NCBI GenBank assembly: GCA_934122235.1
Contig: CAKOWE010000001.1
Span: 30,204 to 94,203 of the forward strand
DNA length: 64,000 nt
Source: an uncultured Clostridia bacterium
Lineage (GTDB): Bacteria > Bacillota > Clostridia > TANB77 > CAG-508
Reading direction: 5' to 3'
Shown here: in pieces, positions 42,230-52,640 of the stretch
How positions within the stretch are numbered: position 1 is the stretch's first letter
Layout: every line of letters begins with the position of its first letter
Program-made: the position numbers and the translations under genes
The notes under the pieces: generated by a model
Database searches by the model: none
The model's input: the letters and a program-made list of their open reading frames with translations, nothing else
Told to the model about the DNA's origin: nothing

Positions 42230-44284
42230 GTGAAAAAACAGCTAAAAAATAAAATGTTGAAAATTATAATTATAAGTTTAGTAGTATTTATAATATTATT
42301 GCTAATATTATTCTCCGAAGATATAATAAAATTACAAAATAAAAACAGTATAGCATTATTAGAAAACTCATCATTTGAAACAATTACAAATAATCCAAAT
42401 ATTCCTAAAATTTCAGCAGGAATGATACCTGTAAAGTGGGATGGAAGTTATTGGATAATAACAACACCAAACGATACTGAGTGGTACAATTATGAAAATG
42501 GAAAATTTGCACATGTAATGTTGAATGATGGATATTATCAAAGTGAATTAATACAAGATATGACAAATAAAGAATTGGCTAAAGATAATATTGGGTGCCA
42601 AGTTTCAGATGGCAAAAGAGGTAGTATATTTACGTGGATACCAAGATATGCATATAAAGAAAGTGGAGAAGTTAAGTATGCTCCAACAGAATTGCAACTA
42701 GGTGGAGAGTGGATTATACCAGATATTTTCACATATACTGTGTCAGATGCAACAAAACCAGATTTTTCATTAGGTGGAGTATGGCTACAAAAAGATGTAG
42801 ATACTGCATATTCAAGTAAAATGACAGAAATGCAAAAAGAAGATGGAATATATGGATTTTTGGCACATACAAAACCAGTAAAAATTTTAGCAGAGGATAC
42901 AAAGGTAATTCAAAAATATATAGAAAATGTTAGTACAATCAATTCATTAGATGATATTTCAAATACAAATCGAATACTACTAAAAATAGTAGATACACAA
43001 AAATATGAACCAATAAAAGCAAATATAATACATAACAAAACAGAACAAAAAATAGAAATAAGAGTTACATATACCTCAAATGGAATACGAGAAATAGTAG
43101 ATGATTATGGAAATGCGATGGCTCTTACACAAACAGATGGAGTGATATTAGCAGATACAGGAAATGTGGGATTAGCTAAAGGAACATATTATTTTACTGT
43201 AATAGATAACAAAGACAATAAAAAGGAATTAAGTATACAGCCAAATGTAGACAGCTTATACAAAGTAGCATATATAAGTGGAACGGATAACATGGTGCAT
43301 TGGACTACTTATAATAAAACACAGGAAACAAGAACGAGTGCAGAAAATATTTTGTTAAATCAAATAAGGTTAGAAGATACTTCTACAACATATAGCAGAG
43401 CAATAAAAGACAAAAATAGTGCAATAACAGCAATAGGAGAGGAAACACGTAATAGTGAAGATGAACAAATATATTTTTATGGTAGATATAAGGCTAATGA
43501 AAATAATACATATTCTGTTAGTGAAGATTTAAATTATAGCACAGTAAAATATAAAAAGGGATATTACTTAGAGGGATACCATTATTTATATTATTATTAT
43601 GCTTTTCAATTATATTCATTGAATCAAAGTCAAGGGGAAATAACATTAAGTCTACCAAAAAAAATATATAATGATACATCTTTTAAAACATTATATTCAA
43701 ATTCTTCAGGAATACCAACTTTTAATGCATATGGTAGTGGAGATAAAAATATGCCTAGTTCAGCAACATCAAAAAATGCTTTTTATAAATATGTTTATTC
43801 TTCAACAGAAAATGATTATTATGTATTTAAAAGATATACAATGACAATAAATAAAAAAACTACTTATTCGCGAGGAGATTTTATAGAATATACATCTGGT
43901 ACTACAGATCAATATCCAAATAATGATCGCTCTGGTTCGTACTGGTATGTACGAAATAATCTTATGCCAAAGTATACATTATACAAATATGACCAAGACT
44001 TAATATTAAAAAGTACATATGATGTTGATACAAAAACAATAACAACAATACCAATAGATATTTCTAATAAAGGAAATAACAAAGTAAAACTTACATTAAG
44101 CACGTCAGGTTCTACTTATAAAACATATATATCAAATGATAATACAACATGGCAAGAAATAACAGATATAGTATCAGGAACACCGAAAGAATTAGATGTA
44201 GATGGATGGAATAATTTATATTTAAAAATAGAAGCAAATACAAGCCGAATAGATAATATAGATGTAGCGTATTATAAAGATTAA
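42230..44284 (+). CDS. large membrane-anchored / secreted surface protein
   Basis: GTG start after GGAGGAAG. N-terminal TM anchor. The GMIPVKWDGSYWIITT...WYNYENGKFAHV segment resembles that seen in Firmicute pilin-like surface proteins. The C-terminal half is Tyr/Asn/Thr-rich. Confidence 0.5.
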   Translation: MKKQLKNKMLKIIIISLVVFIILLLILFSEDIIKLQNKNSIALLENSSFETITNNPNIPKISAGMIPVKWDGSYWIITTPNDTEWYNYENGKFAHVMLNDGYYQSELIQDMTNKELAKDNIGCQVSDGKRGSIFTWIPRYAYKESGEVKYAPTELQLGGEWIIPDIFTYTVSDATKPDFSLGGVWLQKDVDTAYSSKMTEMQKEDGIYGFLAHTKPVKILAEDTKVIQKYIENVSTINSLDDISNTNRILLKIVDTQKYEPIKANIIHNKTEQKIEIRVTYTSNGIREIVDDYGNAMALTQTDGVILADTGNVGLAKGTYYFTVIDNKDNKKELSIQPNVDSLYKVAYISGTDNMVHWTTYNKTQETRTSAENILLNQIRLEDTSTTYSRAIKDKNSAITAIGEETRNSEDEQIYFYGRYKANENNTYSVSEDLNYSTVKYKKGYYLEGYHYLYYYYAFQLYSLNQSQGEITLSLPKKIYNDTSFKTLYSNSSGIPTFNAYGSGDKNMPSSATSKNAFYKYVYSSTENDYYVFKRYTMTINKKTTYSRGDFIEYTSGTTDQYPNNDRSGSYWYVRNNLMPKYTLYKYDQDLILKSTYDVDTKTITTIPIDISNKGNNKVKLTLSTSGSTYKTYISNDNTTWQEITDIVSGTPKELDVDGWNNLYLKIEANTSRIDNIDVAYYKD

Positions 44285-44288
44285 AATA

Positions 44289-44328
44289 ACCAAAAAGAAG
44301 TTACTTAAAACTGTAACTTCTTTTTGGT
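44289..44328. terminator. bidirectional terminator
   Basis: Perfect 16-bp stem ACCAAAAAGAAGTTAC / GTAACTTCTTTTTGGT. Confidence 0.8.
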
Positions 44329-44373
44329 ACAAAACTATATTTAATGTCAATTCAATAGTTTATAAATTAACTT

Positions 44374-44745
44374 TTATAATTTATTTTCTAATCGCATATA
44401 TAAAATTGGATAAGGGTTTCCTTGTTCATCTAGTTCTGCCCTTTTATAAGTTTTAAATCCCATGTGTTCATAAAATTCTTTTGCGTTAGGATTTTGTTCA
44501 TTGACTACTAATTCATTAAAATTATAATTTTCTATGCCATATTTTAATAATTGTTTTCCTAATCCTTTTCCTCTTTCACTATTTTTTATAAATAACATTT
44601 CAAGTTTTTTATTTTCAATTCCCATAAAAGCAATAGGTGTATTGTTTTTATTTTCTATAATTATTAAATGTAATACTGACTTTAATGCTTGTGGAACATA
44701 TTTTTTGATATTTTTTATTTCTTCATTATTATAAATGAATACCAA
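44374..44745 (-). CDS. GNAT family N-acetyltransferase (possibly 5'-truncated)
   Basis: ...LFIKNSERGKGLGKQLLKYGIE...NAKEFYEHMGFK acetyl-CoA binding motif. Only a TTG start is available, and the frame stays open upstream. Confidence 0.65.
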   Translation of the reverse strand: MVFIYNNEEIKNIKKYVPQALKSVLHLIIIENKNNTPIAFMGIENKKLEMLFIKNSERGKGLGKQLLKYGIENYNFNELVVNEQNPNAKEFYEHMGFKTYKRAELDEQGNPYPILYMRLENKL

Positions 44746-45020
44746 AAACCTTTGGCAAATGTTCTTGCACCTGCTAAATAAACAAGAAAAATAAAAATTG
44801 CCAACAGTACTATTAATGCTGGGAGTTTTTTTATTATTCTTTCTTTTGGAGTTAAAATTTTTTGGGTCTTACATTATTATATTCTGGTAACTCTTGAACT
44901 CTTTTTTTGTATTTCTATTGGCAAATTGTGAATACCAGACAAAGGATTTATTTTATATGAGATTATGCATAATAAATAAAAAAATAAACATAATCCGATA
45001 CATTCTATTAATAAGGTCAT
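44715..45020 (-). pseudogene. small membrane protein gene interrupted by two compensating homopolymer frameshifts (tentative)
   Basis: MTLLIECIGLCLFFYLLCIISYKINPLSGIHNLPIEIQK then leaves frame at an A7 run (plus-strand T7 at 44902-08). It returns at an A6 run (plus-strand T6 at 44858-63), followed by a second TM segment LPALIVLLAIFIFLVYLAG. Confidence 0.3.
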
Positions 45021-45237
45021 ATTTTTTCTCACTTTCAAATTAATATTTACTAAGTGTTTTGTTAATTATTATTTAACTTTGTTACAATAGTAATGTTTTA
45101 TGTATCAAAAAAGGTTGAATATACAAAATTTATCTATTAAAAGTTTTTTTAGATAAGTTATAGGTATGCTTAAAGCCCTTATTTTAAGGGCCTTAAATAA
45201 TTTATTAAAACAGTTTTTATACTTTTTATAAGAAACT

Positions 45238-45816
45238 CTAAATATATTCTTCAATTTTTTTCCACATATCTTCTGTGTATATTTTATTTTCAGAAGAGAA
45301 TGGATAAATTGGACTATAGGATATTCCTAAATGATTTTTGATGTTGTCAACATAAGATTGAACTTTTGTAGGAGCAAGTTTATCTGCTTTATTGCATAGT
45401 ACAATAAATGGTAAGTTTGTCTTTAATATGTAATCATACATTAATAAATCGTTTGCTGTGGGGTCATGTCTAATATCTATTAAAAATATGATAAGAGATA
45501 TAGATTCTTGTTTAACTAAATATTCTTCAATAAAGTTTCCAACGCGTTCTTGTTCTTGTTTAGACATTTTACTAAATCCATATCCTGGTAAGTCTACAAA
45601 GTAAAATAGGTTATCTATATTATAAAAATTAATTTGCCTTGTTTTACCAGGTTCACTACTAGTTCTAGCTAAAGATTTTCTATTTATCATTGTGTTAATA
45701 AAAGATGATTTTCCTACATTAGATTTTCCAACTAATACTATTTCTGGTAAATCTGATTTTGGATATTGTTTAGGGCTTACAGCAGATATTTCAAATTTTG
45801 GATTTTTAACTTGCAT
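45238..45816 (-). CDS. engB: ribosome biogenesis GTP-binding protein YsxC/EngB
   Basis: GKSNVGKSSFINTMINRKSLARTSSEPGKTRQINFY and DLPGYGF motifs. Confidence 0.9.
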   Translation of the reverse strand: MQVKNPKFEISAVSPKQYPKSDLPEIVLVGKSNVGKSSFINTMINRKSLARTSSEPGKTRQINFYNIDNLFYFVDLPGYGFSKMSKQEQERVGNFIEEYLVKQESISLIIFLIDIRHDPTANDLLMYDYILKTNLPFIVLCNKADKLAPTKVQSYVDNIKNHLGISYSPIYPFSSENKIYTEDMWKKIEEYI

Positions 45817-45847
45817 TTAATTTATCTCCTTATAGTATTTTTGTAGA

Positions 45848-47131
45848 TTATTTTTTTATGATTTTATCAATTCCGCCCATGTATGGTCTTAAAACTTCAG
45901 GAATGTTGATGCTTCCATCTGGATTATAATTATTTTCTAAGAAAGCAATTAACATTCTTGGTGGGGCGATTACAGTGTTGTTCAATGTATGTGGATAGTA
46001 ATTTCCTTTTTCTCCTTTTACACGAATACCAAGACGTCTACTTTGAGCATCTGTTAGGTTAGAACAACTTCCAACTTCAAAGTATTTTTTTTGTCTAGGG
46101 CTCCATGCTTCAACATCTACACTTTTAGTTTTTAAATCAGCTAAATCTCCAGAACAACATTCTAATGTACGAACTGGTATATCTAAACTTCTAAATAATT
46201 CAACGGTATAAGACCACATTTTATTATACCAATCAAAGCTATCTTCTGGTTCACAAACCACTATCATCTCTTGCTTTTCAAATTGATGTATACGATAAAC
46301 ACCACGTTCTTCCAAGCCATGAGATCCTTTTTCTTTTCTAAAGCAAGGAGAGTAAGAAGTCATAGTATACGGTAAATCTGATTTTTGAAGAATTTGGTCT
46401 TTAAATTTTCCAATCATTGAGTGTTCGCTTGTACCAATTAGATATAAATCTTCTCCTTCTATTTTGTACATCATTGCATCCATTTCTTCAAAGCTCATAA
46501 CACCTGTAACAACATCACTTCTAATCATAAATGGAGGAACACAATAAGTAAAGCCTTTATTAATCATAAAATCTCTAGCATAACTAATTACAGCAGAGTG
46601 AAGTCTTGCAATATCTCCCATTAAGTAATAAAAACCTTGACCAGCTACTCTACGAGCAGAATCTAAATCTATACCAGATAAGTTTTCCATAATGTCTGTA
46701 TGATAAGGAATTTCATAATCAGGAACAACTGGTTCACCAAATTTTTCTATTTCAACATTTTCAGAATCATCTTTTCCAATAGGAACAGAAGAATCTATAA
46801 TGTTTGGTATTTTCATCATAATATTTTTTATTTCATTAGCATATTTTTCTTCTAATTGTTCATTTTTTGCTAATTGGTTATTTATATCATTTACTTGTTT
46901 TTTTATGTCTTCAGCTTCATCTTTTTTACCATTTTTCATAAGCATACCTATTTGACTGCTTAAAGTATTTCTGCTCATTCTAAGCTCATCGCCTTTTAGT
47001 TTTGTTGCTCTATTTAATTTGTCTAATTCTAAAACTTCATCAACTAAGCTTAATTTGTGGTCTTGAAATTTCTTTTTTATATTTTCTTTTACCATTTCTG
47101 GGTTTTCTCTAATTAATTTTATATCTATCAT
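45848..47131 (-). CDS. serS: serine--tRNA ligase
   Basis: N-terminal coiled coil MIDIKLIRENPE..., class II core with TSEHSM and FRKEKGS motifs, and GSCSN. Confidence 0.95.
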   Translation of the reverse strand: MIDIKLIRENPEMVKENIKKKFQDHKLSLVDEVLELDKLNRATKLKGDELRMSRNTLSSQIGMLMKNGKKDEAEDIKKQVNDINNQLAKNEQLEEKYANEIKNIMMKIPNIIDSSVPIGKDDSENVEIEKFGEPVVPDYEIPYHTDIMENLSGIDLDSARRVAGQGFYYLMGDIARLHSAVISYARDFMINKGFTYCVPPFMIRSDVVTGVMSFEEMDAMMYKIEGEDLYLIGTSEHSMIGKFKDQILQKSDLPYTMTSYSPCFRKEKGSHGLEERGVYRIHQFEKQEMIVVCEPEDSFDWYNKMWSYTVELFRSLDIPVRTLECCSGDLADLKTKSVDVEAWSPRQKKYFEVGSCSNLTDAQSRRLGIRVKGEKGNYYPHTLNNTVIAPPRMLIAFLENNYNPDGSINIPEVLRPYMGGIDKIIKK

Positions 47132-47192
47132 GATAATCTTCCTTCCTAAAATAAAAATATATATTATTGAGAATTGTTACGCAAAATAATAT

Positions 47193-47441
47193 TTATTTTG
47201 TGCATAATTCGTTAACTAATTCAAATCTATGTTTTTGTCCAGTTACGTTATCTGGTCTATCAGGTATTTCCTCTAAAAACATTTTTTCAGAACGTACCCA
47301 AAGCATGGAATCTTCTCTATCATAAAGAGGCGAGTACACTACCATTCTGTTTTCTGTTTCGCTGTCTAAAGCAACATCTCTTACAAAATAATATTTTCCT
47401 TTAAAGTGTCTATACACTTTTCCTATTAGTACATGGTTCAT
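47193..47441 (-). CDS. DUF1653-like small protein
   Basis: VYRHFKGKYYFVRDVALDSETENRMVVYSPLY... matches my recollection of the DUF1653 signature. Confidence 0.55.
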   Translation of the reverse strand: MNHVLIGKVYRHFKGKYYFVRDVALDSETENRMVVYSPLYDREDSMLWVRSEKMFLEEIPDRPDNVTGQKHRFELVNELCTK

Positions 47442-47573
47442 AAAGTTCCTCCTTAAAATAATGATAGTAACAGTTTACTATAAAAATAGATATTTTGCAA
47501 GGAAAAGTTGCATAAAGCGAAAGTTTGCTGAATATAATATTAACAAAATAAAACCATAAATTAGGAGAAAAAT

Positions 47574-47855
47574 ATGAGTGATAAATATATAGATAAATTT
47601 ATAAAAGAAACAAAGATTATAGAAAAAACAGAAAAGGAGACAGATAAAGAATTAATTAAAAGTATAATAAAAACTAAAATAGAATTAGTTAATGCTAATA
47701 AAAATTTTGAATATGCTGAAGCAGAACTAATAGATTGTTATTCATATCAAATAAAATCTTTGCAATCAAAATTAGACTATTTAATAAAAAAAGTGAAGAA
47801 AAAAGGAATTGTGCTTGATATGATAAATGCAATTTCTATGGAAGATGTAGTATAG
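47574..47855 (+). CDS. YaaL-like protein (DUF2508)
   Basis: 93-aa helical protein immediately upstream of bofA, as yaaL-bofA is arranged in Bacillus subtilis. Confidence 0.5.
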   Translation: MSDKYIDKFIKETKIIEKTEKETDKELIKSIIKTKIELVNANKNFEYAEAELIDCYSYQIKSLQSKLDYLIKKVKKKGIVLDMINAISMEDVV

Positions 47856-47943
47856 ATTTAGACAAGTTTTAATTTAAAAGTATCATATTTGTCCAATATA
47901 TAGCATAGCAATAATAGTAAGAAAATATACAAGGAGGACTAAT

Positions 47944-48205
47944 ATGGATACTAATGTAATAATTACATTTTTGGCATGTATATTAGCATTATTTTTATTT
48001 GGAAGAATATTAATAATTCCATTAAAAACAATATTGAAAATAATATTTAATTCACTTTTGGGAGGAGCAATTATATATGTAATTAATTTAATAGGTGTAC
48101 GGATATAATTTTCATATAGGATTAAATATATTTACAGCTATATTTGTAGGGGTACTTGGAATCCCAGGAGCTGGGTTATTAGTGATTTTAAAGATATTTT
48201 TTTGA
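47944..48205 (+). CDS. bofA: pro-sigma-K processing inhibitor BofA; needs a +1 shift at CGG 48100-48102
   Basis: MDTNVIITFLACILALFLFGRILIIPLKTILKIIFNSLLGGAIIYVINLIGV-GYNFHIGLNIFTAIFVGVLGIPGAGLLVILKIFF, 86 aa. Without the shift the frame stops two codons after the CGG. Confidence 0.75.
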
Positions 48206-48220
48206 CGTAAATTATAAAAA

Positions 48221-48250
48221 AATACGGGCACGTTTTAACGTGTCCGTATT
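48221..48250. terminator. bidirectional terminator (bofA / glmS)
   Basis: AATACGGGCACG / CGTGTCCGTATT stem with one mismatch. Confidence 0.65.
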
Positions 48251-48252
48251 GC

Positions 48253-50094
48253 TTATTCAACTGTTACTGATTTTGCAAGGTTTCTAGGCTTATCTACATC
48301 TAATCCTTTTTCTTTAGAAATGTAGTAAGAAAATAGTTGTAATGGTACAACAGAAAGTGCAGGAGAAATTAAACTATTTATTTTAGGGATTTCTACTACA
48401 TAGTTAAATCTTGATTTATCTAAGTCTTGGTTTGTTATTATAAATGTTTTGGCTCCTCTAGTTATAACTTCTTGTACATTGCTAATGCTTTTCTCAACTA
48501 GATCTTCATTGGTTATAATAGAAACAACCGTTGTATTATCTTCTATTAATGCAATAGGTCCATGTTTTAATTCTCCAGAAGCATAACCTTCTGAATGAAT
48601 ATATGAAATTTCTTTTAGTTTTAATGAACCCTCTAAAGATACAGCGTAATCTGTGCCTCTTCCAATAAAGAACATATTTTTTTCGTTATAAACAATTTTA
48701 GCAAATTCTTTAATTGTTGAAACATCATTTAATATAGTTTGTATTTTATTTGGTAATTCAAAAATTTCTTGTTTTAAATCTTCTAAGACAGCTTTATCTG
48801 TACTTCCTAATATTTCAGCCATATAAATTCCTAAAATAGCAAGTAAAACGACTTGTGAAGTATATGCTTTTGTAGATGCAACAGCTATTTCTGGACCAGC
48901 ATGAGTATATATTGTATAATCAGCTTCACGGGTAATTGAACTTCCGATAACATTAGAAACTGCCAAAGTTTTACAACCTTTTGATTTAGCAAGTTTTAAT
49001 GCCGCTATGGTATCAGCAGTCTCTCCAGATTGGCTGATGTATATAGCTAATGTTTTTTCGTTTATTATAGGATTTCTATATCTAAATTCAGATGCAATTT
49101 CAACTTCTACAGGGATATTGCATAAATGTTCTATTAATGTTTTTGTAGCTAATCCTGCATGCATTGCTGTACCACATGCTACAATACAAATTTTGTTTAA
49201 GCTAGATAAATATTCTTTAGTAAAATCTAAATCATCAAAACAACAAGGTGAATTTAATTTTATTCTTGATCCTATTGTTTCCCTAATAGATTTTGGCTGT
49301 TCATATATTTCTTTTAGCATATAATCTTCATATCCATCTTTTTCAGCAGCTGTTGCATCAAATTCTATATTTTTTATTTCTTTTTTAATTTCTTGTAAAT
49401 TACTATTATAAAAGTTTAAATGATCTTTATACACTTCTACATATTCATTATCTTCAAGTAAGTAAAAATCTCTTGTATAAGAAAGAAGTGCAGGAATATC
49501 AGAACTAATGTGATTTTCATTCGTTCCTTTTCCTATTACTAGAGGGCTATCTTTTCTTGTAACAATAATTCTATCAGGATATAATGATGAAATTACTTCT
49601 ATTGCATAGCTTCCTTTAAAATCATTACAAGCAGATTGAACAGCTCTTAAAAATCTTTTATCATCATTAACAGTATCTTTTGAAAAATGATAATGTATTA
49701 AATTTGGAATAATTTCTGAATCTGTTTGTGATATAAAATTATAACCATTGTTAATTAAAAATGTTTTTAAATCATTGTAATTTTCGATAATTCCATTATG
49801 AACAACACTGAAAGTTTTTGAGTTATCCATATGAGGGTGAGAGTTAATAACTGATGGTTTTCCATGAGTTGCCCATCTTGTGTGAGCAATACCAACAGTA
49901 CCTGTTAAAGTGTTTGTTTCAGGTATATCATTTAATGAATTAACTCTTCCTTTATTTTTTATATTTGATATTGTATTTCCTTCTAAAGTAGATAAACCAG
50001 CAGAATCATATCCTCTGTATTCTAGTTTTAAAAGGCCATTAATTAATATAGGACTTGCCTTTTTTTGTCCTATGTATCCTACTATTCCGCACAT
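48253..50094 (-). CDS. glmS: glutamine--fructose-6-phosphate aminotransferase
   Basis: MCGIVGYIG N-terminal nucleophile, two SIS domains and a ...KSVTVE C-terminus. Confidence 0.95.
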   Translation of the reverse strand: MCGIVGYIGQKKASPILINGLLKLEYRGYDSAGLSTLEGNTISNIKNKGRVNSLNDIPETNTLTGTVGIAHTRWATHGKPSVINSHPHMDNSKTFSVVHNGIIENYNDLKTFLINNGYNFISQTDSEIIPNLIHYHFSKDTVNDDKRFLRAVQSACNDFKGSYAIEVISSLYPDRIIVTRKDSPLVIGKGTNENHISSDIPALLSYTRDFYLLEDNEYVEVYKDHLNFYNSNLQEIKKEIKNIEFDATAAEKDGYEDYMLKEIYEQPKSIRETIGSRIKLNSPCCFDDLDFTKEYLSSLNKICIVACGTAMHAGLATKTLIEHLCNIPVEVEIASEFRYRNPIINEKTLAIYISQSGETADTIAALKLAKSKGCKTLAVSNVIGSSITREADYTIYTHAGPEIAVASTKAYTSQVVLLAILGIYMAEILGSTDKAVLEDLKQEIFELPNKIQTILNDVSTIKEFAKIVYNEKNMFFIGRGTDYAVSLEGSLKLKEISYIHSEGYASGELKHGPIALIEDNTTVVSIITNEDLVEKSISNVQEVITRGAKTFIITNQDLDKSRFNYVVEIPKINSLISPALSVVPLQLFSYYISKEKGLDVDKPRNLAKSVTVE

Positions 50095-50114
50095 AAAATA
50101 ATTCCTCCTAAAAA

Positions 50115-50295
50115 GTTAGTGTAAGGAATTTAAAAGTATAGCTAAATTGTATTATTTTTGTTATAATATTACTATTAATTTTTATATAATACATAATGAG
50201 ATTAGCCAAGATCCCATGGAGCATCCGCCGAGTATTTCGATAACTCCATCCTCGTCAACAATTTATAGAGTATATAAATTGTCCAGGCGCTAAAA
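50115..50295 (-). ncRNA. glmS leader: glmS ribozyme (GlcN6P-dependent self-cleaving riboswitch)
   Basis: The minus strand reads A/GCGCCUGGAC...UUGACGAGGAUGGAGUUAUCGAAAUACUCGGCGGAUGCUCCAUGGGAUCUUGGCUAAUC, matching the conserved glmS ribozyme core. It sits directly upstream of glmS. Confidence 0.85.
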
Positions 50296-50471
50296 ATAAA
50301 CCATTAAACTCCTTTCTATTAAATTTTATACTTTTAAACTCTAGTACATTATATTACACTATTTTCCCAAAAGTAGCAAGTACAATTAATAAAATAATAA
50401 AATTTAATAATTTTTTAAGGAGTTGATGTTATTATATATAATATAATTATTGTAAATAATGGAGGAAAACA

Positions 50472-51149
50472 ATGAAAGTTTTAATAATAGAAGATGATAA
50501 AATATTATCTAATACAGTTAAGCAATGTATAGAGAAGAAATTCAACGTAGAGCAAGCTTTTGATGGAGAAGAAGGTGTATTATATGCAAAGCAAAATATA
50601 TATGATGTAATAATATTAGATTTAATGCTACCAATAATGGATGGATATGATGTGTTAGCAAATTTGCGAAAAGAAAAAATATACACGCCTGTTCTTATAT
50701 TAACAGCTAAAGATGGAGTGCAAAACAAAGTTAGAGGTTTTAATTTGGGTGCAGATGATTATTTAGTGAAACCTTTTGATAGAGAAGAGTTAATTGCAAG
50801 ATTAGAATCTATGGTTAGAAGAACGAATGGAACATATATAAATAATACAATAGAATTTAAAGATTTAAAGTTGAATTTACAAACAAGACAAGCTACAGTT
50901 AACGATGTAGTTTTAAATTTACAAGGAAAGCAATTTGATGTTTTAGAGTATTTAATTAATTATAAAAATACAATTATTACAAAAGATCAAATATTTGATA
51001 AAATCTGGGGGTTTAATAGTGATACAACAACTAATGTAGTTGAAGTTTATACAAGTGGACTAAGAAAAGAATTAAAAAGAGTTGGCTATGAGGATTACTT
51101 AAAAACTATAAGAGGAGTAGGATACATTTGGTCAGATAATGAGAAATAA
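50472..51149 (+). CDS. OmpR-family response regulator
   Basis: Receiver domain (DVIILDLMLP, phospho-Asp) plus a winged-helix output domain (...RGVGYIW). Confidence 0.9.
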   Translation: MKVLIIEDDKILSNTVKQCIEKKFNVEQAFDGEEGVLYAKQNIYDVIILDLMLPIMDGYDVLANLRKEKIYTPVLILTAKDGVQNKVRGFNLGADDYLVKPFDREELIARLESMVRRTNGTYINNTIEFKDLKLNLQTRQATVNDVVLNLQGKQFDVLEYLINYKNTIITKDQIFDKIWGFNSDTTTNVVEVYTSGLRKELKRVGYEDYLKTIRGVGYIWSDNEK

Positions 51150-51223
51150 TTAGATGAAGATATTAAATATATAAATAACGAGTAAAATGAAATGTTTAAT
51201 TAATTCGAAAGGAAGATAATTAC

Positions 51224-52534
51224 ATGAATGAAGCCAAAATCATAAAAAAGAAATTGATAAGTAATATAATAATATATTTTATAATATTTACCTGCATTTT
51301 TTCTGTATTTGGAATTATTATATTTGATTCATTAAAAAGAGATATATACAAATCATCTGATATGGAATTAGTAAATGCAGGTAAAAATGTAGAAAAGTAC
51401 GGTGCACTAAAAAAGACGATAAACAATAAATCACCAGAAACACTAGAAGGATTAGAAATACCAGAAGTACCAGAAAATATGAGGGGGGAATTTATAGGAG
51501 TTAACCCAAGAATTACATATATATTAAGAGATGAGCAGGGTGAAATAATTAACGAAAAGAGTATTGGTAGATTTTATGATGAATATAATTCATATTTAAA
51601 ATTCTATAAAAGTGATTTAAATTCTATATATCAAATTCAAGTTAATGGTTATAATTATAGAGGTATAAATTATAAAATAGAAAATGAGAATGGACAAATA
51701 TATTATGTTCAATTGATTATAAACGTAGATGCTGAAACAGATATAATTAATAACTATTTCCATACTCTTTCATTGGGAATTATTATAACAATTTTATTAT
51801 CACTATTAGCAAGTTATGCATTGTCAAAAAGAACTTTAAAACCAATTATAGAGTCATGGAAGAAACAAACAGAGTTTGTACAAAATGCTTCACATGAATT
51901 AAGAACTCCGCTTACTATAATACAAGCAAAACAAGAATTGTTACTACAGGAGCCAGATAGCAAAATAATAGACAAATCAGAAGATATAACACTTACTTTA
52001 AATGAAGTAAAAAGGTTAACCAAATTAACAAGAGATTTAATGATACTTGCAAATGCTGATTCTAAAGAAATTATAGTAAATAAAGAAAGTACTAATATAG
52101 ATGAACTAATAAAACAAGTTGCAACGCCTTATATAGAATTTGCTGGATTAGAAAATAAAGATATTAAATTAAATTTAAAATATGAAAAAAATATAAAAAT
52201 AGATCCAAATAGAATACATCAATTATTAGTAATATTACTTGATAATGCTATAAAGTACACAGAACAAGGTGATACTATAGAAATAAATACATATTCTAAA
52301 GATAATAAATTTGTATTGGAAGTTAAAGATACAGGAATTGGAATTAGTGATAAAGCAATAAATCATATATTTGATAGATTTTATAGAGAAGATAAAGCAA
52401 GATCAAGACAAACTGGGGGAAGCGGATTAGGATTATCTATAGCAAACTTAATAGTAACATTGCATAATGGAACAATAAAGGCATCACATAATAAACCAAA
52501 AGGTACAATATTTACAGTAAAAATATCAAAATAG
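51224..52534 (+). CDS. sensor histidine kinase
   Basis: Two TM segments, H-box FVQNASHELRTPLT, N-box LLDNAIKYT, G-boxes DTGIGI and GGSGLGLSI. Confidence 0.9.
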   Translation: MNEAKIIKKKLISNIIIYFIIFTCIFSVFGIIIFDSLKRDIYKSSDMELVNAGKNVEKYGALKKTINNKSPETLEGLEIPEVPENMRGEFIGVNPRITYILRDEQGEIINEKSIGRFYDEYNSYLKFYKSDLNSIYQIQVNGYNYRGINYKIENENGQIYYVQLIINVDAETDIINNYFHTLSLGIIITILLSLLASYALSKRTLKPIIESWKKQTEFVQNASHELRTPLTIIQAKQELLLQEPDSKIIDKSEDITLTLNEVKRLTKLTRDLMILANADSKEIIVNKESTNIDELIKQVATPYIEFAGLENKDIKLNLKYEKNIKIDPNRIHQLLVILLDNAIKYTEQGDTIEINTYSKDNKFVLEVKDTGIGISDKAINHIFDRFYREDKARSRQTGGSGLGLSIANLIVTLHNGTIKASHNKPKGTIFTVKISK

Positions 52535-52640
52535 GAAAGATATATCCACATAATAGGTTTACAAAAAACAAAAAATATGATAAAATACAACATGAAAAAT
52601 ACAAAGTTAATATACTAAGTATAATGATTGGAGTATTTAA

